Of a DNA stretch of 27,556 nucleotides, positions 10,036 through 17,076 are shown piece by piece. Below the pieces are notes generated by a model. The model worked only from the letters and a program-made list of their open reading frames with translations, was not told the origin of the DNA and searched no databases. The DNA comes from Bacteroidota bacterium. GTDB lineage: Bacteria; CLD3; SB21; JBBIRG01. Position 1 is the stretch's first letter. Each line of letters starts with the position of its first letter. Where the stretch lies: NCBI GenBank assembly GCA_037441945.1, contig JBBIRG010000001.1, positions 1 to 27,556 of the forward strand. The letters are read 5' to 3'. The translations under genes and the position numbers were made by a program.

Positions 10036-12027
10036 ATGAATCCAACTTCAAATCATTTATTCCTGACCCTAGCGGCTCTATCGATTTTTCAGGCAACCCT
10101 TTTGGCCCAATTCAAACCCGAAGATTCGGGCAATCCATTCCGTCGACTTTCATCCGTACAAACGCGGGACCTGGATAATGGAGGACTCCATGTCTTTTCT
10201 GAAATGACGCTGACGCGTATCGATACGAATCCCGTTCCCGACGATTTTTATGCGGAGCTGAAAACGGAATTTATCAACGGAAAAGAAGATAAAAGTTACG
10301 GCCTGATCTTCCGCGCCCAGGATTCGCTGAATTTCTACGCTTTCCTGATCCAACCCTCCGGCAAGTATTCTCTCCAGCTGCGCCGTTATTGGAAAAACAA
10401 ACCGATTTCCTGGTCATCAATCACTAAATGGACATCCGATTCGAACATCATCCGGAACGGCGTTAATTACCTGAAAGTCCGCTGTGTGAAAGATTCGATT
10501 ATCCTTTTTATTAACGGCATCCCCGTGAAAGGGCTCCGGGACAAGACTTACAGTAATGGGAAAACCGGTTTATACGCTGAAGGAGGCGTGCATATCCATT
10601 TTCAGGAATTGAAAATCGGCGCGAAACCCCCGGAGACGGTTTATGAGTTTATGCCGGCGGCAGATTCTATGCTGAGTTTGAAACCCGATTCAGCGACCAA
10701 ATGTTTTTACGATTTTCTGGAGACAAAACCGGACTGGGCTAATGAACCGGAAAATTATTTTGAACGGGGATTTTACCGAATGCATTTATCGGAACAATAT
10801 CCGTCGCACACTATCGGTTGCGGGATGGAAAATTTCACAATGGAGATGAATGTCCGGATTATGCGGTGGGATTCGGCGGGTCTGCTGCGCGTCATGTACC
10901 ATGTCGGAAAGTATTCCCATGAACAAAAAGGAATCTCGCTCGAATCCGATTCGGTCGTCAAATATTTTAATGATTATCATACCGCTGACACTAAGCCGCT
11001 GATTGTACGGATTCCTTTTCAATATGATTCCGGGCGCGCGGTGCACCTGAAATTAGACGTTCAGGATACCGATGTCAAACTCAGCATCGACGGCGTTGAG
11101 CGTATCCTCATCATTGATGAACGCTTTAACGAACCGGTCAGGGGATATTTCAAGCTGTACCTGCATCGTCTCAGCGCCGACATACACAGCATCCGCATCA
11201 GCAGCCGCCCGATCGACGAATACGGGCTAGCCTCAACGATGCCGACCTGCGCCGTGTACCGGCTGAGTCCACCGAAAGAAACGACCTTTAAGCCGCCTGT
11301 TCGGAAAGAGAAATCAAAAAATCCGGTTGTTAAGTTTTTCAAACAACTTGAAAGAGACATGGATGAGTGGTTCTGGGTTATGGTTTTCGGTATTGCCGTT
11401 CTGCTGGTTTCAGGGATCATCATGCTGATCGCCAGGATTCGCGGGAACAAAAAATTTAACAGCATGTTCGAAAATATGTTTCTGAAATACATGACCCTTC
11501 AGAACGGATCGGCTGGATTAAAGCAAATCGCGAAGCATTTCGGTGTTTCGCCGAAAAAAACTTTAAAACACATCAGTCGTTTTGCCGATCAGCACCAGAT
11601 TCTGTTACAGGTGGCCGGAAATCAGGATATGCTGATCGTGATTCCCGGATTGATGATCGCCCTGCCGGAAACCTGCGAACCTGTTTTACAAAAACTGACA
11701 GACAGCCAATCTCCCTTCCGGCTGACGCCGACGGAGGCTAAACGCGATCTTCTGACTCTTATGCGCATCGCTTCTGTTAATGGTAACCGGTTATCGGTCG
11801 GTATCCTTCAAAGGGAATACGACGTTCAGCCCGACCGTATATGTTTTTTTAAAAATATTATTTCCCAAAAAAACCGGTCTTTTTCGGAAGAATTTGAGAA
11901 ATCCGCATACCGGCTGTTTAATTCGCTGGTTGAAGAAAAAAACATTATCAAGGATACGGCGTCTGATGAAACGGCGGTCATCATTGCGGGAGATTTTATC
12001 CGCGCGATTATCGATTTGAATAAATAA
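10036..12027 (+). CDS. Type I membrane protein, paralog B: same architecture as A
   Basis: Signal peptide (...FQATLLA|QF). Motifs 'YGLIFRAQD..NFYAFLI', 'GVNYLKVRCVKDSIILFING' and 'GKTGLY..VHIHFQEL'. TM 'WFWVMVFGIAVLLVSGIIMLIA' is followed by RIRGNKK. The cytosolic tail aligns with A. Confidence 0.7.
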   Translation: MNPTSNHLFLTLAALSIFQATLLAQFKPEDSGNPFRRLSSVQTRDLDNGGLHVFSEMTLTRIDTNPVPDDFYAELKTEFINGKEDKSYGLIFRAQDSLNFYAFLIQPSGKYSLQLRRYWKNKPISWSSITKWTSDSNIIRNGVNYLKVRCVKDSIILFINGIPVKGLRDKTYSNGKTGLYAEGGVHIHFQELKIGAKPPETVYEFMPAADSMLSLKPDSATKCFYDFLETKPDWANEPENYFERGFYRMHLSEQYPSHTIGCGMENFTMEMNVRIMRWDSAGLLRVMYHVGKYSHEQKGISLESDSVVKYFNDYHTADTKPLIVRIPFQYDSGRAVHLKLDVQDTDVKLSIDGVERILIIDERFNEPVRGYFKLYLHRLSADIHSIRISSRPIDEYGLASTMPTCAVYRLSPPKETTFKPPVRKEKSKNPVVKFFKQLERDMDEWFWVMVFGIAVLLVSGIIMLIARIRGNKKFNSMFENMFLKYMTLQNGSAGLKQIAKHFGVSPKKTLKHISRFADQHQILLQVAGNQDMLIVIPGLMIALPETCEPVLQKLTDSQSPFRLTPTEAKRDLLTLMRIASVNGNRLSVGILQREYDVQPDRICFFKNIISQKNRSFSEEFEKSAYRLFNSLVEEKNIIKDTASDETAVIIAGDFIRAIIDLNK

Positions 12028-12044
12028 ATCCGGAGAAAGCATCT

Positions 12045-13544
12045 ATGAAACCGATCATGATTTTAATTGCCTTCATCAGTATCCTTCCCCTGCGCGCGCA
12101 GATGTTGTGGGAGGAACGGTTCGAACAACCCGATGCGTTTTCCGAATCCCAGTACGCGCATTTCAAAAACGGCGTATATCATATTTTTGGCAAGAACGGC
12201 CGTGTGACCACCAGCAATAAATTAATTATCGATGACGCTGCCATCCGGATCAAAACTGATTTCATCAGCGGTGAAGAGAACCAGGGGTATGGATTAATTT
12301 TCCGAGCAAAAGATTTTGATAATTTCTATATATTTGTCATATCGGCCAACGGACACTATTACCTGAGGAAAAAAATCAATAAGGAATATTATAATATTAT
12401 CGACTGGACGTCTTCGCAAGAAATCAATAAAAACGGCGTAAATTACCTCGCGGTATCATGCAACGGTCCCAAAATCGAACTGTATATCAACGGAAAACAA
12501 ATCAACCGCGCCGCTGATCCGTCGCTGACCTCCGGCAAAATAGGGCTCATCGCATTTTCCGGCGTGCATGCTCATTTCGATGACCTCCTGGTTGCGCGGA
12601 ACCTCTCCGATATGATTGAACGCTACGATTTTACGCCTGAACCTCCCGATTATACCGGCGATTTTCCCGAAGACCCGGCGTATCTTTTAACGGATAATTT
12701 CGATAATATGAGTAGCGGCTGGGGGCAGAGCGATAATGTATATTATGAGCGCGGTTATTACACCATGTGGAATCAGGAGGACATGCATTATACCTGGCAT
12801 CATTTTTCCCAGAAAAACTACATTCTGGAAACGAATTTCCAGATCAAACGCCGGTTTCCGGAAGTATTCCCGGATAAGACCGGCATTTTTTTCCGCGCCG
12901 AGAAGACCACCGATTTTTATTCACTGTCGGTATCGAAAAACAAGTCGGTTCTTTTAGAAAAAAGAATCAACAGTTTCAATAAAATTCTGCACGAACAAAA
13001 ACTGGAATCGCTTGATTTTAACAACATGATCCGGATGAAGGTCAGCGTGCATGACGATGAAATTCAGTGCTGGGTCAATGACGAATGGCTCGGGAAATTC
13101 AGCGATCCAATCAATACGCTGGAGTATTTCAATTTTGGCTTTTTTGCGTCGAAAGGCGTACAACTTCAAGTTTACGGCATTCGGCTCGGGGATATCAAAA
13201 TCGACTGGGGGGAAGCGCTTGCCGGTTTTTTCTCAAGTCGGGGATTCATCAGTATCACCGTAATAATTTTACTTTTTGTCCTAATCCGGATCGGCGTTAA
13301 ATCGCGCCTTAAAAAAATCCGGATCGCGGGCATTCTTCAGAAGACTATGCGCAAATACATTGAGGACAAGCGCGGCTCGTTCAGCATAACGAATGTGATG
13401 AACGATTTCCATCTTGACATCAAGACGGCAAAACAAATCATGGACGAAGCCTGCGCGCGTTACCAGGGTCACCATCTGATTTCACAGGACGGAAATGACT
13501 GGTACGATTTTCCGGATTATTTCCGCAGCGGTTCGAAGGATTAA
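12045..13544 (+). CDS. Type I membrane protein, paralog C: two DUF1080-like ectodomains, TM, single winged-helix-like cytosolic domain
   Basis: Signal peptide (...ILPLRA|QM). Motifs '[18 protein letters not shown]', '[20 protein letters not shown]' and '[14 protein letters not shown]'. A second repeat has '[16 protein letters not shown]'. TM '[18 protein letters not shown]' is followed by KSRLKK. Confidence 0.72.
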   Translation: MKPIMILIAFISILPLRAQMLWEERFEQPDAFSESQYAHFKNGVYHIFGKNGRVTTSNKLIIDDAAIRIKTDFISGEENQGYGLIFRAKDFDNFYIFVISANGHYYLRKKINKEYYNIIDWTSSQEINKNGVNYLAVSCNGPKIELYINGKQINRAADPSLTSGKIGLIAFSGVHAHFDDLLVARNLSDMIERYDFTPEPPDYTGDFPEDPAYLLTDNFDNMSSGWGQSDNVYYERGYYTMWNQEDMHYTWHHFSQKNYILETNFQIKRRFPEVFPDKTGIFFRAEKTTDFYSLSVSKNKSVLLEKRINSFNKILHEQKLESLDFNNMIRMKVSVHDDEIQCWVNDEWLGKFSDPINTLEYFNFGFFASKGVQLQVYGIRLGDIKIDWGEALAGFFSSRGFISITVIILLFVLIRIGVKSRLKKIRIAGILQKTMRKYIEDKRGSFSITNVMNDFHLDIKTAKQIMDEACARYQGHHLISQDGNDWYDFPDYFRSGSKD

Positions 13545-14560
13545 ATATCCAGGCCGAGTTGGGGAGTGTTGGTTTTTAGGGTTTTGATGTTCAGGTACTG
13601 GTAGGCGATGGCAGTGACTTCGCGTCCGCGCGGAGTCCGTTTGATCAATCCCCGCTGGATTAAAAAAGGTTCATACACTTCTTCAATCGTTCCGGCTTCC
13701 TCGCCGACGGAAATCGCGATCGTATCGATGCCGACGGGTCCGCCGCTGAATTTGTCTATAATGGTTGTCAGAATGCGTTTATCCATTTCGTCGAGTCCGT
13801 GTTCGTCCACTTCAAGCGCATGGAGCGAGTAATCGGCGACGGATTGGGTAATGATCGGTTCTTTGCGCACCTGGGCGAAATCGCGCGTCCGTTTCAGCAG
13901 GCGGTTGGCGATACGAGGCGTTCCGCGCGAACGCTTGGCGATCTCCTCAGCGCCTCTTTCATCGATATCGATTTTCAGAATCCGCGAGGAACGCTTGACG
14001 ATTTTAGTCAGGTTGCCGTCGTCGTAATAATCCAGCCGGCTGGTGATCCCGAACCGCGAGCGCAGCGGCGCGGTGATCAGTCCCGCCCGCGTCGTGGCGC
14101 CGATCAGCGTGAAATGCGGCAAAGTCAGCTGGATGGTGCGCGCGCTCGGGCCTTTATCAATGACGATGTCTAATTTGTAATCTTCCATCGCTGAATATAA
14201 ATACTCCTCAACCACCGGGTTGAGCCGGTGAATTTCATCGATGAACAGGACGTCGCGCTCGTCTAAGTTTGTCAGGATACCGGCCAGGTCGCCGGCCTTG
14301 TCAATCACTGGACCCGAGGTTACACGAATCTGTACGCCAAGCTCGTGGGCGATAATATGAGACAGCGTCGTTTTACCCAGTCCCGGCGGGCCGGAAAGCA
14401 GAACATGATCCAGCGCTTCTTGTCTCATCCGCGCCGCTTCGATGAACACTTTCAGGTTGCCGACCATCCGTTCCTGTCCGACGAATTCGTCGAATCGCGA
14501 AGGGCGAAGCGTCACATCTAATTCCAGATCATCTGCGGTCTTGTTGGGTCGGTTGCTCAT
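13541..14560 (-). CDS. ruvB: Holliday junction branch migration ATPase RuvB
   Basis: '[12 protein letters not shown]', Walker A '[10 protein letters not shown]', Walker B 'LFIDEIHRL', '[16 protein letters not shown]', '[11 protein letters not shown]' and '[17 protein letters not shown]'. Confidence 0.99.
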   Translation of the reverse strand: MSNRPNKTADDLELDVTLRPSRFDEFVGQERMVGNLKVFIEAARMRQEALDHVLLSGPPGLGKTTLSHIIAHELGVQIRVTSGPVIDKAGDLAGILTNLDERDVLFIDEIHRLNPVVEEYLYSAMEDYKLDIVIDKGPSARTIQLTLPHFTLIGATTRAGLITAPLRSRFGITSRLDYYDDGNLTKIVKRSSRILKIDIDERGAEEIAKRSRGTPRIANRLLKRTRDFAQVRKEPIITQSVADYSLHALEVDEHGLDEMDKRILTTIIDKFSGGPVGIDTIAISVGEEAGTIEEVYEPFLIQRGLIKRTPRGREVTAIAYQYLNIKTLKTNTPQLGLDI

Positions 14561-14592
14561 GCTTAGCTTATCATCGGTATGGTAAAAAATTC

Positions 14593-14621
14593 ATGGTAAA
14601 AAGAAAATCAAATTATTGCAA
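14593..14621 (-). promoter_or_regulatory. Candidate sigma70-type promoter for ruvB
   Basis: Minus strand TTGCAA (14621-14616)-N17-TACCAT (14598-14593). The same -35 hexamer occurs upstream of uppS. Confidence 0.55.
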
Positions 14622-14680
14622 GACAATTTCTTGTCCGGCTCCGGGCATGAAGCAGGAAATTCTGAATCAAACAAAAGGGA

Positions 14681-15712
14681 TTATGATTCCGATGGTTTGA
14701 GTTTCTTCAGCGTTTCAAGGATTTCTGGAATTTTCGAGATCAGCGCCTCCCGCCGCATGGCCTCATGATGATCCCGCGCGGGATATCCGGATATCGTTTT
14801 TCCTTCATCGACGGAACCGATGACGCCCGCCTGAGCGCCGATTGTAACGCGATTTCCGATTGCGATATGCCCGACTAATCCGGCCTGGCCGGCGATCGTT
14901 ACCGAGTCGCCGATGACCGCGCTTCCGGCGATTCCAGCCTGCGCCGCGATGACCGTGTCTTCGCCGATTACGACATTATGGGCTATCTGGATCAGGTTGT
15001 CAAGTTTGGAACCGCGGCGGATATGCGTTACCCCGAGCGTTCCACGGTCGATGCAGCAGTTCGCCCCAATTTCCACGTCGTCTTCAATCACGGTTTTTCC
15101 GGCATGTGGAATTTTAATGTACCGGCCGTCCTTTTTCATGTAACCGAATCCGTCGCCGCCGATCACCGTTCCCGCATGGATGATCGAGCGATTGCCGATA
15201 ATGCTATGGTCGTAAACGGTTACATTCGGATAGATCAGCACATCGTCGCCGATTTGAACATGACGGCCGATGACGCAATTCGCGTGAATATGCGTTCCCT
15301 TACCAGCCGAACTGTATTCTCCGATGACAGTGAAAGGATCAATTCGCGCGCCTGGATGGATCGCGCAATTTTCTCCGATTACGGCCGTTTTATGCAATGA
15401 CGGGACTAAATTATCTTCCGGGTAAAATAATTGCAACAGCGCAATCATATCCGCTTTGGGATCAGGGGTTGGGATATATGAAATTCCCGACCGGCGCAGA
15501 TAGTCTGATACTTTTTCAGTTAACAGCGGTTCAGCGATGAGCCAGGCTCTGGAACGGATTGACTCCGGATTTGAAAGGAATTTTTTCTCGGTCAGAAAAA
15601 TCATATCGTCGGGACCGGCCTCTTCCGGCGTGGATAAATATTGAACAGTCATGTCTTCGCCGAACGGCGGGCGGTTTAATTTATCAGCAAGTTGATAAAA
15701 TGTAAAATGCAT
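14681..15712 (-). CDS. lpxD: UDP-3-O-(3-hydroxyacyl)glucosamine N-acyltransferase LpxD
   Basis: N-terminal UBD-like region, hexapeptide repeats, '[14 protein letters not shown]', '[14 protein letters not shown]', '[15 protein letters not shown]' and 'SGYPAR'. Confidence 0.97.
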   Translation of the reverse strand: MHFTFYQLADKLNRPPFGEDMTVQYLSTPEEAGPDDMIFLTEKKFLSNPESIRSRAWLIAEPLLTEKVSDYLRRSGISYIPTPDPKADMIALLQLFYPEDNLVPSLHKTAVIGENCAIHPGARIDPFTVIGEYSSAGKGTHIHANCVIGRHVQIGDDVLIYPNVTVYDHSIIGNRSIIHAGTVIGGDGFGYMKKDGRYIKIPHAGKTVIEDDVEIGANCCIDRGTLGVTHIRRGSKLDNLIQIAHNVVIGEDTVIAAQAGIAGSAVIGDSVTIAGQAGLVGHIAIGNRVTIGAQAGVIGSVDEGKTISGYPARDHHEAMRREALISKIPEILETLKKLKPSES

Positions 15713-15723
15713 GGCGCGCCCTT

Positions 15724-15758
15724 AAAAAAAAAATGGAAACCCGAAACGGATTTCCATT
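15724..15758 (-). terminator. Intrinsic terminator-like hairpin between skp and lpxD
   Basis: Minus strand AATGGAAATCCG-ttt-CGGGTTTCCATT (one U-G pair) runs into a T10 tract (A10 at 15724-15733 on +) that ends at the lpxD SD. Confidence 0.75.
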
Positions 15759-15776
15759 CACGGAGAACAATAAAAA

Positions 15777-16343
15777 TTATCTTTTATCCTTAGTTTCCTT
15801 TTTGCCGGTATCCTTCTGATCGGCAAGTTTGACCAGTTCGTCGAGAACTTTCTGGGTCACTTCGTATTTTGTGTCAGCGGCGAGTATGATCTGCGAAGAT
15901 CCGTCAAGAACGAAATCCATTCCTTCAACCTTGCGCACGTTATCCACAGCTTTTCTGACCTTGTCAAAAATGGGCTGCATCAGTTCCTGGTAAAGTTTCT
16001 GCAGATCTTCCTGGAATTTCTGCTGGGACATTTGGATTTGATAAGCGAGATCTTCCAGTCCCTTTTCGATCGCTTTCTTGGAGCCGTCCTTGATCAGCGC
16101 GTTGTCCTTGATGTTTTTCACGTAATCTTCCTGCGCGTCCTGCAGGGAATCCTGCATATACTGCAGTTTCTTGTACATCTTTTCCTGTTCCGTCTGGAGG
16201 GCGCTTTGGACGGTCTGGGTTTCTTTCAGCGATCCCAATATTTTCTGGGAATCCACATAACCGATTTTCGACTGGGCGTTCAGCGCCGGGATGAAGGAAA
16301 GGATCAGGATTGCTCCCAGGGCCAGTTTCAGTGGTGTTTTCAC
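15777..16343 (-). CDS. skp: Skp/OmpH periplasmic OMP chaperone (copy 2)
   Basis: 'AQSKIGYVDSQKIL', long coiled coils and C-terminal 'LDFVLD..ILAADTKYEVTQKVL'-type motif (seen as MDFVLDGSSQIILAADTKYEVTQKVL). The start is reassigned to the GTG at 16343 because AAGGAG sits 7 nt upstream; the ORF track starts at 16379. Confidence 0.93.
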   Translation of the reverse strand: MKTPLKLALGAILILSFIPALNAQSKIGYVDSQKILGSLKETQTVQSALQTEQEKMYKKLQYMQDSLQDAQEDYVKNIKDNALIKDGSKKAIEKGLEDLAYQIQMSQQKFQEDLQKLYQELMQPIFDKVRKAVDNVRKVEGMDFVLDGSSQIILAADTKYEVTQKVLDELVKLADQKDTGKKETKDKR

Positions 16344-16399
16344 GTTCAAACTCCTTTGTTTTTTATAAAATGAATTCATTTTTCATCAAGAAGGTAAAT

Positions 16400-17053
16400 C
16401 TATTTTTTTTCTTTTGATAATCCTTCATTGCCGGCTCCGCCCTGTTCTTTTTCTTTTCCCTGATCCTGTTTTCGTGTGTTGTCTTGGTCGTTTTTCTGTT
16501 GGGACGATTGCCCTTTCAGCGTAAGCCCTTGCGCGCTGAATTCGTCGATCACAAGAGTGGTCAGGTCGAATTTACGGTCTATGGAAACCGGGTTGCCCGC
16601 TGAGATATCAAAAATGACATCGTATTTTTGCTTGATTCGGACGTTGTCAATCGATTTTTTAATTTTATCGATCAACGGCTGGAGAAGTTCCTGCTGCTTG
16701 CGGTAGAGTTCGCCGCTCACCGGAGAAAATTTCTGTTCACGGAACACGGTTAATTTTTGTTTGCGTTCCTCGATGTTTTTGACCAGCATGTCGCGGCTTG
16801 TTTTGGAAAGCGCTATGCTGATTGTTTCCAGTTCCTTTTCAAGGCTTTCGATAGTGTCCTGCATGGCTTCGATTTGCTGTGTCCAGTCGCGCGAGAGCCG
16901 TTCCAATTCTGCCTGGATATCCTGCGCCGCCTGCAGTTGGGATATCAGGTACTGAAAGTCGACGTAGCCCATTTTTGACTGGGCTTTGGGACCGTTATGC
17001 GGAACAAGAAAAATGATCCCGGCAAGGCAGGCGGAATAAAATATATTTTTCAT
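16400..17053 (-). CDS. skp: Skp/OmpH periplasmic OMP chaperone (copy 1)
   Basis: 'AQSKMGYVDFQYL', 'GELYRKQQELLQPLIDKI' and 'YDVIFD...DRKFDLTTLVI'. The start is reassigned to the ATG at 17053 (MKNIF) with an AAGGGG SD; the ORF track starts at 17074. Confidence 0.93.
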   Translation of the reverse strand: MKNIFYSACLAGIIFLVPHNGPKAQSKMGYVDFQYLISQLQAAQDIQAELERLSRDWTQQIEAMQDTIESLEKELETISIALSKTSRDMLVKNIEERKQKLTVFREQKFSPVSGELYRKQQELLQPLIDKIKKSIDNVRIKQKYDVIFDISAGNPVSIDRKFDLTTLVIDEFSAQGLTLKGQSSQQKNDQDNTRKQDQGKEKEQGGAGNEGLSKEKK

Positions 17054-17076
17054 TTTAACCCCTTGAAAAATCATCG

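Noticed and set aside
15777-17074. Tandem skp duplication as a novelty
   Set aside because: Two skp/ompH copies after bamA are the common arrangement in FCB-group genomes.
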